Program-made: the position numbers and the translations under genes
Shown here: positions 39,110 to 52,212 of the stretch, one piece after another
Layout: the number at the start of each line of letters is the position of its first letter
How positions within the stretch are numbered: position 1 is the stretch's first letter
The notes under the pieces: model-generated
Told to the model about the DNA's origin: nothing
The model's database searches: none
Seen by the model: only the letters and a program-made list of their open reading frames with translations
NCBI GenBank assembly: GCA_035084275.1
Contig: CM068756.1
Coordinates: 11,470,001-11,534,000, forward strand
Reading direction: 5' to 3'
Origin: Hydrolagus colliei
Lineage: Eukaryota
DNA: 64,000 bases

Positions 39110-39530
39110 GTGTGGACCCCATCAACCCAATCCTTGTCAGGTTCCACAATCCACTACTGCTAATCCAATTATTTCAAGATCTTCACTCTCACTTTCAAAT
39201 CTCTTCACACCCTGAACCTCCCTACCTCTCCAATCTGAGCACATGCCACTTCACTCAGCTGGCTCAAGCCCTCTGCATATCCCTACTCCCCTCCACTACA
39301 CAATTGGCAGTCGTGTTCTCTGCCACTCTGCTCCAAGTCTCTTGAACTGCTTGTCTCAATCCTTGTATTGTCCCGTTTCCCCATTTGCAAATCACACGTG
39401 AAAACTTTCCTCTTCAATCATGCCTCCACTCCCTTTCCAGCTCAGTACCAAGCAACATCTCTATTGAGCACGCCAAGATGCTGTCCACGTGAAGGGCACT
39501 ATATAAATGCAAGTAATGTAGTTGCTGTTG
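39110..39530 (+). mobile_element. Degenerate L2 3' fragment
   Basis: Similar to the L2 ORF2 end; tail gtgaagggcactatataaatgcaag...gttgctgttg. Confidence 0.7.
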
Positions 39531-39651
39531 AATTCTAAGCATAACAATGTTATTGTTACATCTTAAAGCTGTCATTCTATTCACACTTTTTAAATTACCA
39601 ACAAGATATTATATTTGTGGAGATCATCATGATAAAGCTGCCTTACTCATA

Positions 39652-39773
39652 CAGTAAAACTCAAACAAGTCGCAGCAGTCCGGACGACAATATTTAATAT
39701 GACACACAAAGTCTATGTTACAGACAAACTTGTTAAGTCATATAAAATCTAATATAATCAATAATCTACACTG
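39652..39773. mobile_element. Degenerate relative of the 48407 MITE
   Basis: TA-CAGTAAAACTC...tttaatatgac is shared with the 48407 copy; ends CACTG-TA. Confidence 0.4.
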
Positions 39774-40679
39774 TACATGAGTAATTCAATGCAGCCGGTA
39801 ACTGCACATGCGGTACTGCCAACCTCCAGATTGCCAGAATGCTACAGAAATTTCATGGACATAGACCATGTGAGATATGCCCAAGAAATGCTAGTAATGT
39901 CAGTGTACCTGTACAGAACAGAAGGCGATGTCAGTTGCATTTCTCATGCATGTACAGGACACATCACTGACCTGCCCACCAGGACATCGCCCATGTGTTT
40001 GTAACTTCACCAGCACCGCAGGCAATGAGATAATAATAATCCCTGCATTTGATATAGTGCCTTATCACTTCTTTGAGAGTCTTAAAGCACTTCATAGAAT
40101 ATACTGCAAAGCGAATTGACTGTGGGAAAAACGCAACTATCAATTGCACACAGCAGTTTCAGTCAGTGGTGGACCTCGCGACCAAATTTTTTTTGGGAGG
40201 GATTATTACTCCCAGAAAGCGATCCGCCAATCGACCTTTATAAGGTGGGTTTCAGTTTGGCTGAGTTGGTTGTACGCTCGCTTCTGAGCCTGAAGGTTTT
40301 TTTCTGCAAGGCTTCCTTTTTAAAAAAAAGTTTTAACACTATTTAGGATGGGTAGTAAGTTAAATATGCATGTGGCTGACATGTTTTACAAAAAAAGTCT
40401 AAAACTTCAAGTAGCTCCTTAAACCAAAAATCATAGAAAGGATAACATGCTTAAAACTTGGGCATCTAAATCTCCAAAGAGACTCATGATGATACCAAAC
40501 ACAACACAATACGTTTGGGCATCTCATGTTCACATAAGTAGATATCAATAAACAGAAAAAAATTTCTCTAATATTTTCATGCAACTTCAAATTATCTTTA
40601 AAACCACTATATTCTGTTTGTTGCTGCGTTCCAAAACAATCCTGAAATTATCTCCAACAACTTTTTTTTAAATCACTGT

Positions 40680-40957
40680 TTGGTGGCGTTCAATGGCTAG
40701 AGCACTTGCCTTGCAAGCGAGATTTGATTCCAGGCTGGACTAAGTTTCCTTACTCCACACAGCTGATAATAATCCCTCAAAAAAAACAATTGGTCATTTC
40801 AATCCATGACTGTTTGTGGGACACTGCTGTGCGCAATTCACTGCCCCATTTCACCCACAAATACACAGTCAATTCACTTTACAGTATATTCTGTGAAGCG
40901 CTTTAAGATGTCCAGAAAATGTGAAAAGTGCTATATCAAATGCAAAGATTATTATTA
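40680..40957 (+). mobile_element. SINE, same family
   Basis: Head, Deu core and ATT tail all align to the 17166 copy. Confidence 0.85.
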
Positions 40958-43351
40958 AGTTTGAGCCGTATAATCCTAGGTTATTTTAACTCTATTAATT
41001 TACAACCAAATATTCTGATAGTTTGCTCCTTGATGGTTAAAAACAGCCCATCTACACAATGAACTGACTGTCCTTTCCCTCATGCTCAGTTTTGCATAGT
41101 TTAGTGTCTCATGCACTGCACAGTGTATGAGTCACATGTAAAACTTTCAATTCAGCTGAGACTGAAGTGCTCAATTGTAGCAACCTGCCCTGGAAAGCCT
41201 CCCAAAGGTTAATAAAAGACAGAACTCTGGATACACCAACAACAGTAACCTGAGAAAGAAGAAACCTAATAAATTCAAAAGAATACTCCATCATTCTGCA
41301 GTGAAATCTAGTAATGTGGTTTTATAATTGTACACCTCGCCTTTAATATATTTTTTGAACATATCTTTCAACTGACTGGCAGTTTACCCTTTACAATCTG
41401 ACCTAAACAGCTGTTGGTATCATTTCCTTCTCCACAGATACTAGTCCAGACATCTGGGCCATGGTAATATTTCTGCTGTGAAACCACTTCTCAGACCATA
41501 TAGATTAAAGAAAGTTCAACAGCTGCATCAGCCATGTCGCAGCTCACAATGGCCTCTCAGTTTGCCTTGATGTTTGCCTTGGAAGACCATTTGCAGGAAA
41601 TGTTTGTGAGCATGTCTAGTGAAACGTCAAATCAGTCAAATAGCATTGGAAACCAATTGCTGCTTTAGAAAAAAACAAAAATAACACTGCACTTCACATA
41701 ATACTAAAAATTGATAGCTTAGAACTAAGCCTGGCAAATCTAAAAACATCCGCTTTGCTGCCTAAACTCAACAACAACACCCAAATTACATTTATAGAGT
41801 GCCTTTCATGTCGGGAGGACGTCCCAAGGCTCTAAACTCAGATCAATAAGGTATGTTAACATGCTGGCCAACAGAAGATAATTAATTTTTCAAATACTTC
41901 AAAAAGTGAAGTAGTGCCATCCCTTAAATGAAATTCACTTCTTGGCTTTTTGTCAGTTATTGCTATGTGCAAATTGGCTGCTGTGTTTGTCTAGAAAATA
42001 CACAGTACTGTATTACATTCTATAGCAAATTCTGTGAAGCACTTTGAGACAGCTCAAAGATATAGTAAGGTTTTACATCAAATGCAAGGATTGTTATTTT
42101 AAATTTTAAATGAAATAAAACTGAATAAAACTAATATTTTACAACAAACTAGTAATCTGCAATGAGATAAAATCATAAGTGTAAAATCCTGGCTTATTCT
42201 GGAAAATAGGTGTGTAAGATTACTGCCATATAATCATCTAGCAGTCGTGTTACTTAATAGAAATATCCACTATATGGTAATCAAAATAATCATACATTTA
42301 CTAAAAAAAACTTTACTCATTTGCAGATTAAATTGTAAACAAGTATTCAAACTTGGCCAATGACTGCTTTGTCATCTGAGTTGAATCCAGTTTAGCACTA
42401 AAAACACATCTTATTTATTTTTTCCCTTCCTTTTTACAGCTCTCTTATGAACCTATTTGGAATCACATCACATGCCTGTGATTCGCTGCACCTCGAGTTG
42501 TCTTGCATGGTAGTTGGTTTGAAACTAAACTAGCCTCATTGCATATAGAGGTAGGTAAATTGTAGCATCATCCAGCTACACTATAAAATTAGTGTCAGTG
42601 GAGAGAAAATTATATGGATCTAACTTGACATCAACAACTTACACTTAGATGCTCTTTCAGAGTGCTAGATTTCTTTGTATGGACAATGAAAAAATGTGCA
42701 ATTCTCAGGCCATACATTTTAACATATGTACAAAAAGGGGATTTGCAATCTTTAAATACCAACATTTTTGATAGATATTATGGTCGCCTCCTTGGGCTCT
42801 TAAAAATGTTTTTCATCTCAAGCCCGACCCTTTGTCTTTCAAGCCTATCTGCCAGCATTTTCTGGCAAGCTACTTCGCCTTAATTTATCACATGGATCGA
42901 CCCTTATGAGTAATCTATTACTTTATGAACAATTTACTGTCTTTGTAACCTAAGTGCTCAGATTCTTCAAAATATTAACTAATGGCGCCTGTGTGTGACA
43001 GGTTACTCCAGATTTTAACGTGGCTTCCTGTTTGGAATAAAAAGTGGCACTAAATCATCAAACGAGAGAGCACTGCAACACAATAGGGTTATTGAGATTT
43101 TAGTGACAGATTTGTAATCTGATCAGATGCCATTGTACAATGGTTAAAAGCACAAATGTCCAGAACTAGGGATTAATGCAGAACCATTGTGGTGAGAGAA
43201 TTTTAAAATGATAGAATTTTTCTGAAGTTCAGAAAGAAACATTAAACCTGAGTCAAGCCTTTTTTTTGTAAAACATGTCAAATGAATTGAGTGAATATGA
43301 CCATTTACAATCTGCTAAAATAGGGGCTAAGATAAACGTACTATTAAAATT

Positions 43352-43545
43352 AAAATGCAAATACTGCGGATGCTGGAAATCTGAAACTAAAACAGAAATT
43401 GCTGGGAACACTCAGCAGATCAGGCAGCATCTACGGAGAAAGGCAAAGTGAGTCAACGCTTTGGATCCACATCCTTTTGTCAGAACTCAGTTGACTCACT
43501 TTTCTCTCCCATGTGATAAATTTAGAAATCGCTCCTGTTTTTGTT
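43352..43545. mobile_element. Penelope-like terminal repeat remnant A with a partial inverted arm
   Basis: gcaaatactgcggatgctggaaatctgaaa...cactcagcagatcaggcagcatc; same family as B and C; decayed hammerhead at 43451-43487 (-). Confidence 0.65.
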
Positions 43546-44535
43546 TTATACAATTAAAATACAGTATATATTTTTTCATAATCATCAGGTATAGCTCCTG
43601 TTTCTACAATAAAAGAAACACAACATTTGAAGTTTAATACATTGCTAACAGAAACCCTTTGAACTTTTGGTGATGAATGAGAGTGACACTGTCATGCAAT
43701 GTAATATTTCACTGAACTGTAATTTATTAATCTGAATTATGATGGTGCTCCAGTCATATCATAAAAATCAAAGCAAAGGGATTAAACCCACAAATGGGTA
43801 AGCAAAAATTTAAATCCACATTTTCAATATCCTTTAAATGTAGCTGAACACATGTTTTATGAAGTAACTACTTCAGGAAGAGTAATACTTCATAGTTGAT
43901 GTCCTTTTATTGTCAAACCAACACATACTCTGCAATTTAACTGCCAACTTTAGGAACATGTTTGGTTTCAAATAGGCTGTCAATTAAAACAATGCCAAGA
44001 GATCTTCAATATGCACCGGAATAGACAAGCAGAACCTCAGTTTAGTGCCTCTAACAATGCAGCACACTTCAAATTCTGAATTGCAGTGTCAGCCCACACT
44101 ATGATCCTATCAAGTCACAATTTGAGGCTTGAACCCTGAACCTTTTAATCGTTTGACTCAAAAATCAAAAATGTTACCAACTGAGTCAAGCCTAACATTA
44201 TAAAGTAACCAGCATATATTAGCAATTGTCACCCGTTTGTGCACTTAGTTTAAAACTTTTTTAGACAAAATCTTGATGTGATGCCAGCATAAAAATGTTG
44301 TTGGCATGGATCGTTTTACTTCAACAACACATCTATATGATAACTCAACAATTAAAAGGCACATTTTTGGTAAATTGAATTCCTATTCTTGAGAGATTGA
44401 ATTTCTGCCTAATTTGGAGGTGCGTTCACCAGCTATTGGCAAGGCTGGTAGATGAAGTGTGTCACCACCCACCAAAGAACAAATTAAAAGGAGAGGGAAT
44501 GAGTCATCTCAGGAGAAAGACAATTCATTTGAAAA

Positions 44536-44820
44536 TCGGAAACATAAAGAGAAGTCGCTGGGAACACTCAGCAGGTCAGGCAGCATTTGGGAGAAAGGAA
44601 ATTGAGTCAATGTTTCGGGTCCGTGATCCTTCGTCAGAACTGGGACATGTTGGGAGGGAGAGGCTTTTAATGACTAACGGAGAGAGAGGAAGCAGCCAGG
44701 AAGACAAGGGAGAAAATGTGGTAGACTCACTTTCCTTTCTCCATAGATGCTGCCTGACCTGCTGAGTGATTTCTGTTTTTGTTTCAGACTTCCAGCATCT
44801 GCTGTATTTGCGTTTTGTTC
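44536..44820. mobile_element. Penelope-like inverted terminal repeat remnant B (fold-back)
   Basis: Arm 44566-44610 is the reverse complement of about 44722-44768; hammerhead motif at 44605-44641 (-). Confidence 0.7.
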
Positions 44821-46148
44821 ATTGGGAGATCTGTCCTGCTTTGCCACACAGACCCCATTAACAAACTCAGACCGCGCTGAGGAAGACTGCAGAAATCAGT
44901 GACCCAGACCACCCCATTCTACCAGTTGAATGAACATAAAAGAAGGCAACAAAACAAGATAGAGCATTTTCTAGTTACTGATTTAACTAACTGGGATGTG
45001 ATAGTAATTGCAATGTACAAAGGGTTCTGTGTGACTAAGTAATGAAACATGACCCACTAATTCTGAACCCATTACCTCACCACCAAAATAGTACAATGAT
45101 TCCATTTAATCAGTGAATAAAGTGTAAGTTTACACTGAACCATCATTAACACTGTCTACCCATGAGGAAACTAAGCAAAAACTAAGAAAACAAGAATCAA
45201 TCAAAAAAACAAGCCAACCAAAAACTCGGTCTAAAAACATATTGATGAGGCAGGGAAAGGGGATAAAATACACATCCAAGGTTAACTTGAGTTCGGAGAC
45301 ATTTTTATTTGTTTTTATATTAAATAGTCCTGAATATACAGTCCTAAAACAGAAACTTTTTTAAAAAAAGGAGCCATTCAGAAAACTATTTTTAATCAGT
45401 CCCACAGACTGAAGGCGAGCCAAGACAAACCACAATGCAAGCAAAAACATACTTGTCTCTGCAAAATCATTTCCAGGTCTTACTGTGGCTACCGTGATGC
45501 TTCACTTTCACTAGTGTGTTTCAAGCTTCCAGATAATGGCAAAGGATACTGTGCAAAACAACTGATATTTTAACTACCTTAAATAAAACAAGTGATACTG
45601 AAAACAACGAGTTAAAACTGCTTTCAGCAACCACTCAGAGGATTGGGTCAGAGTGGTCTTTATGTAAGCATGTCCTCTGAGTAAGAGTCTATTGTTAAGT
45701 GCAGAATTTCTAAGTGTACATGCAAACCAATGAATCAAACTACAGCTAGTTTTAATAAAGCAATAAATTACAAAAAGATGGCGAAAGAGCGGGAAGTGGG
45801 ACTAATCGGATAGCCTTTTACAAAGAATCGGCACAGGCACAGTGGGCCGAATGGCCTCCTTTTGTGATGAGATTCTATGAAATCGTTAGCTTTCACTATG
45901 TTCTGTTTGTGTTTCTCAGAAACCTTGACCATTTACTCCAATATGTTTACATGGTGGGTGCCGTTCTGTTTTTCTGCGGACTTGCAAAAGTGCTGACCAC
46001 TGATAATGCAAATTATAGTTAGAATTTTATGGATACCGACTAACTACCATGTTATAACTGGGCTCACCATACTTTAGTTAGTTTAAAAACATTTAATTAG
46101 TGAATTTGAGCTGCGAGATTACCTGATAGAATCTATCAGCACACTCAC

Positions 46149-46297
46149 CTATGGATTCCTGTTCCAGTGACACAAGATTCTTCTTTTTTCAGTCTGGCTA
46201 GGATAGCTCCTCCTTCAAGCTGTAATCTAACTAAACGAACATCTTCAAGAACATTCCTCATTAGGCCTCTATACTTCTCCAACAGAATATCAGCTTC
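46149..46297 (-). CDS. PLEKHG4: PLEKHG4 exon (EADILLEKYRGLMRNVLEDVRLVRLQLEGGAILARLKKEE...)
   Basis: 149 nt, phase 0-2; LEDxRLVxLQxEGG motif of the family. Confidence 0.92.
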
Positions 46298-48406
46298 CTA
46301 ACAAAAATGTAATGTATTTTGTTCAGTTAATAAGTGTACAATAAATTAACGTACAGATTACAGCTTAATATTAATATATCAGCTTTGACATTTACATAAA
46401 TGAAGAGTCACCCCAAATTTCCCAAAGCAAATTCTACAATTTAATCAGTTACAAGTAGCATAGTCATTTAAGATTAGATGTGAATTTAATTCAAGTGATG
46501 TGAATTTAAGCATTAAAGTTCTGAAAATAAAGTAGGATTATATGTTTCAAACTGAGTTCATATGTTTTAATAAGGTATACATCTTAAAACCGTTTAATAG
46601 CTGTTACTACAGGAAGCGATTGACTGATCAGTCGTAGCATCACATGTATTCATTGAATTGGAAGATGCCATAATTACAATAATTAGAAACACAGGGTTTT
46701 TGTCATGTAATATTATGCATCTCTGACACTACACCCTTTATCTTTGAGCTAAAATGTTCCCATCTTTGACTGATGCTTGTACGGTCATTTGATCAAGGCA
46801 GCAGGGGATATGCAACCAAATTTCAAAAGATGCCTAAAGGCAAATGTTGCAGAAACAATTTGTCAGTCCTCTGCTTTTATCTCAGCTATAATCACATTTG
46901 AATGAAATTGTAGAATTCATTTACTGCTGATTCTTTCCCTTCTACCCTTACGTCAATAACTCGTTATCAAACTAATTTCCTTTGCTCTGCAATCAAAGGG
47001 CATTTATCCACTCTGATAGCATGTGCAAATTATCGGTTTCCCAAGAACTTTGGTTCATTTGACAAGACATCTGTGGAACCAGTTTATAATAGTTACCACA
47101 AATAACCTAAAGGTCTGACTTCTGAACAGTAGTTACCATCGGCAGGAAATCCAGTGACACTGAAAAGTTCAGATAAGTAATGACTAATGTGCGCTCAGAA
47201 AGAGCTTGTCCTCTCAGTACGACACGACAGGTTTTCAATGTCAAACTGCGATGACATCTTTCTCTGACATGACAATGAAAATAGCAACAGATGATAAAGT
47301 CACAAAGGAGATCGTCTTTATGATGGTTTTACGAACATATCAAATTCAATCATGCTTCCTATTACAACTAAACAACATTAATAATAGTAATTCTTGCATT
47401 TGATACAATGTCTTATCGCAATGCTGCAATGTCTCAAAGTGCTTCACGGGATACCATGTAAAGTGATTTTTGACTGTTTTGTAGGCAAAATATGCCAGGC
47501 AATTTTGGCATAGCAACGTCTCAAAAACAGCAGTGACGTGAATTTAGGCGATTTGCAAGCCAGGACACCAGGGCTCTCTTCTCTTTTCAAATAGTGCTAA
47601 GGGATCTCCCCCTCACGTGAAAGGCCCTCTATCAATGTCATTCTGTTGTTTAGAATCCATCTGAACAGGCAGATGGGCTCTAGGTTTAATGTCTCATCCA
47701 CAGGAGAGTATCTTTGACCATCCCCAGCACTCCATACTTGCTAGTAGTGCTTTTTGAATTTGGCAGTTCCAGAACAGTGATGGCAAGTTTTTTTTTAAGT
47801 ATATCATCAGTTGTAGATGGAGAGAACAGTTTGAGAAAAGCATTTGTTGAATCACAAAATGACTCAAATAGAGAACTCTGGTCTGAAAAATGAAGAACAA
47901 ATGAACAAAGTCGCAGATATCTAAAATAACTGGCCTAGAAATGAATAATTCCAGCTGCAGTTATACTGAATCCTTGTATAAGATCTTCCAATTCACCCCT
48001 ATTAAAATATATTCATGATTCAAAGGATAATTTAAGGATAGTCTGGCTAGAAATCAGGGCTGTTATCCTTTTGATCCACTCCATCAGTTTCATTTCTGTT
48101 TTTTTATGTTCAAGAGTCTTAATTTTACTTCTTTTCCACTCCTTTTACTACGGTTACATTTTTGATTGTCTTTCTCACATTGAAAAAACTACAGAGAGAA
48201 ACACTGAAAGAAACTCACTGTAAGGGTCAGACAATAGACTGACCTATTTTATCCTGATCAAAGAGGTGTCCACAAAAGTGACTTTGAGATTTTGGTCACC
48301 ATCAGTTTCAACAGAGAAAAAAGGCATTTTTGCATAAAGTGACCTTAAAATTTAAGTGTTCTGATTGCAGCAGTGTTCAGGAGGCTTTCTACAGTACTTG
48401 AGTACA

Positions 48407-48578
48407 CAGTAAACCTCACATAAGTTATATCAGTTGGGACTATACATTTAATATGACTTATGCAAAGCATGAGTTATGGCACTTGCATAGAATACAAACT
48501 CTTGAACGAGACTTGGGTAGATGTATGATTTAGACAATTATACGATTTATACAGATTAGAATTATATGAGTTTTACTG
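48407..48578. mobile_element. Tc1/mariner (Tigger/pogo-like) MITE, 172 bp
   Basis: TIRs CAGTAAACCTCACATAA and CAGTAAAACTCATATAA (15/17); TA on the right flank, CA on the left. Confidence 0.65.
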
Positions 48579-49981
48579 TAGTTATTTAGAATTCTACACT
48601 TATTTTACCTTTCTCGCCCATCTTATGTCCTTTAATGTGTTCATATTATTGCTTGTTTTATTTTAAGTATTATTAATTGCACCATGTTTTTTTGCCATCT
48701 ATCTGTTGTGCCACTCAATTCCTTTGGTTTTGGCAATTAACTGTTTCAGTTATCACTTTTTAATTATTCTCTGTTCCTGAGAACTCTCAGTATTACTCAC
48801 TATTCCTCTAGCTTCATTTCAGAGACAGGGGTGTTTAATCATGCTACTCAGTGAGAAAACAATCAATCTACAATGGCTTGACCCTCTTCAATGTCGGGGA
48901 GAATCTGCAGAAACTATTCTGGGTGGCCTGTTCTGCCAGGCAAATGGGCCAAGTTATTTTTCACTCCCTGAAATTTGGTCAACTCAGGTTCCGTTCTATT
49001 TGCTCGAGCGGTATGATTCTAACCAAGTGCTGCATGAAGTAGTGCAGACCCCCAGTTTAAAGTTATCACATGACAATTTGGCTGTGCTAAAAACAACAGC
49101 AACTGCCACTGCTTTGAATGAATGATGCCATGTTTTGTATCCAAAACGGTCTGAGTTGTTTTATGTTTTTGAAAATGAAAGGCTGTACCAAACGCAGGAT
49201 TATTGCCAAGATAACAACAACACCCAATTAGACTTGTATAACGCCCTTCACGTTGGAAAGAGTCCCAAGGCAATGGACAGTCTGGGGTTTCTGGACCAGA
49301 AATGTGAGTTTGGGTCAGGAAGAGTGGAAGGCAAGGGATGTGGGTAGTAGAATGTTCAAAGGCATGGTCGAAGAGGAAGGTATTTTATAGAATCATAGAA
49401 TTTTATGGCACAAAAAGGAGGCCATTCAGCCCATCTAGTCTGTGCCGGCTCTTTGAAAAGAGCAACTCAATCCAACTGCCCAGCTTTCTCCCCAAAACCT
49501 AACAGACCTGTTCTCCTTAAATAAAGATCTAATTCTCTTTAAAAGCTGTTATCGAATCGGCCTCCACCACCTTTATAACAGAAAACATTACATCTGAACA
49601 TTTTCCCACAAATTAAATATAAAATGCTAATAATAAAAGTAAAGGATCTGTAAAACTGTTCGTCTCTATCGGTTGACTCCTTCACAAATGATGCTTCAGA
49701 ACAGTATTAGAGGATTTAGGCATAAAAGCAGTGAAATGAACAAACAGTCCATGGACCTGCAACCCAGAAGGGAGTGAGCGAGAATGTTGTCTGTGGAAGG
49801 AAGAAACACATTATTTGAAGAAATATAAGTAATCGATTACAGATAAAAACACTTATATATTGAAAGCTATTTTATGATGACAATTTATCATTGCAAATGT
49901 TAAACAAATTTAAAAATCACTTTGAATCCTGAATGTAGTGTCTAGTTCAATATGCTTCCTGGTTCTATTTGAGAAGATTAC

Positions 49982-50080
49982 CTCAGCTGTAGTAGGCAGT
50001 TGACTGGATTCCAAGTTCTCTATGGTGCTCTGGAGGAAATCTTTTGCTGCTATACAACCCTGCATAAGCTGTTCCAGTTT
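49982..50080 (-). CDS. PLEKHG4: PLEKHG4 exon (KLEQLMQGCIAAKDFLQSTIENLESSQLPTTAE)
   Basis: 99 nt, phase 0-0. Confidence 0.9.
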
Positions 50081-50936
50081 CTGTAAAAGTAATTAAATAC
50101 AAAGGATACTCATTATTTCAACTTGAATATTGATTGGGAAACAAAAACACAATAATTTCATGTGCAATTCAAAATACATTCTTAGACATAATGCAAAAAT
50201 AACAGCAAAATTATAAGATGATCAGATATATGTCCAATATTTGTTTTCTTGCTTCTATCTGCTATTGTCCCATTCTAGAATTGGTATAATTGCTCAGTGG
50301 AAGATTGGCTTGTAAATAGAATACATTCTTTACAAATAATGATTTTTAATAATTGAGCAGAGGTAGTAATAGGGAAAAACAAGCATTTTCATATTAAAAC
50401 TTTCATTCCAAACTGTCTCACAAAAAGCCTTGAACTGTCTACAATAACAAATAACCTCTAAATGGCTTTGTATATAGGGGTTTCCATTCGGAATCCTGCC
50501 CAGCCAAAGAGAAGCAGATCAGAAGCAAATACATTCCAATGATGCAAGGCACAGAAATCCTTCTGAAAATTGTTGGCTGCCAGTATTGAACAATTCCTCA
50601 ATGTTCCAATCTCAGACATTATAACACTAACAAATTGTTCACATTTCCACACAATACTGTTTGAACAGATGCATATCCTAAACCCCGTTACTGAAAATTA
50701 TGACTGACAATTTTATTACAACTATTGGCTACTATAAATTGAGAGACTGGTGACAAAAAACTTTGTATCCGCACTAAGCAGTGTCGTAAACACTTTAGGA
50801 ACAAATGCCAAGCAAATGGCTTAATTCTTGCTTCATTACATGTCATTAGCATGTTATGACCTCTTAATTTTTTGGAAAGATCCAACTGTCAAGGGTCGAA
50901 GATGCAAAAATAGGATATAATTGAATTGTCACTCAC

Positions 50937-51053
50937 CATACGAAAGCAAACCCAGTCTTGGTGACAGTAGGGGAAGGTTCCATCAAATTCCAACGGAAGC
51001 TGATTGGTTTCTATGTGTTTGTGCAGAGATTTCAGTGATGTAAGAATTTCAAA
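50937..51053 (-). CDS. PLEKHG4: PLEKHG4 Sec14/CRAL-TRIO-like C-terminus (FEILTSLKSLHKHI...QLPLEFDGTFPYCHQDWVCFRM)
   Basis: 117 nt; QLPxEFxGTxxYxHxxW motif. Confidence 0.93.
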
Positions 51054-52104
51054 CTGTGCAAAGACAATAAAAATCATATAAAAGTACCAAAACAATCAGG
51101 GTATTTCAGAAGCATAACAGTGCAAAAGACTGACAATCAAGTGTTTTCAAATTGGTTGAGGGGATGTTTCTGATTTAATATCCATGCCAGCAGAATAAAA
51201 TGTTCTAACACAAACACAGTTCAAACCCAATCGTAATTGCCATCTCAGAAGCTAACAAAAGATAACAAGCAAGCCAAACAAAACAGAATCTAGAGGTTAC
51301 TTGAGGGAGAAGCCATTTTACACTCTGATTTTATAGTTTCATTAACAGCCTAAAACCAATTTAATGGAAATAAGCACAAATGCACAATTTTAAAAAAATT
51401 ATCTGATCCTGAGCTCACTCTCCCCTAACTGTGCAGATGCTGAAAGCATTACAATTAGATTTAATGAAGTTTAGGTTCCTAAAACATTCATTTTATAAAT
51501 GGTAACAATATACTACCAATCATTTTATTTACCCTAAGTTATGTTCACCTAAATGCCCAGTGAAGCCGTCTAAACCGTATTTATCAAATGGCATGTGGCC
51601 TGTTTCCTTGACTGCTGACCCGCTTCTGTGCCTTGTTAAACTCTTGTTATATACACTGCAACCAAATGTGGTAATAAAAAGAGGTCAGTGTGAGACCTAA
51701 AACATTTGGTCTGATGTTATGGGACATTCACATGAGTGATATGCACAATGTTCTTCAGACAATCAAACCATGATCAAGATGTGCACTTTGGGAAAGAACT
51801 ATAGTACCCTTTTGTTTTAATGGGACTAGCACAATTTTAAAACCACAAAGATGTATGTGGTTTAAAATATTTACTTGCTCCAAATATAATTATGTTGTTG
51901 ATTGAAAATGGAATAAATAAACCTGGAGTTCTTTCAAATGAATATTTATTTGATTAAAATAAACAAAATTGTGCTCAATATAATAAAGGTAGTATTACCA
52001 TATTATGTATTAGTATTATGCATCCAGAGTAACGTTTTTATAATTGATCTTCAAAGATGCCACTAAAAGTTTTGCACTAAATTTAAAAACAATCCTTTGC
52101 TTTT

Positions 52105-52212
52105 TCAGTTCTGACGATGGGTCGTGGAACCGAAACGTTGACTCACTTTACCTTTCTCCATAAAGCTGCCTGACCTGCTGAGTGTTCCCAGCGATTTCTA
52201 TTTTTGTTTCTA
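52105..52212 (+). mobile_element. Penelope-like terminal repeat remnant C
   Basis: gctgcctgacctgctgagtgttcccagcgatttc is shared with A and B; preceded by a hammerhead motif. Confidence 0.7.
52107..52143 (+). ncRNA. Minimal type I hammerhead ribozyme motif (Penelope-associated)
   Basis: AGUU-CUGACGA-U-GGGUC(GUG)GAACC-GAAA-CGUU-GACU: core boxes, stem I, 4/5-bp stem II and palindromic AACGUU stem III. Confidence 0.65.
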
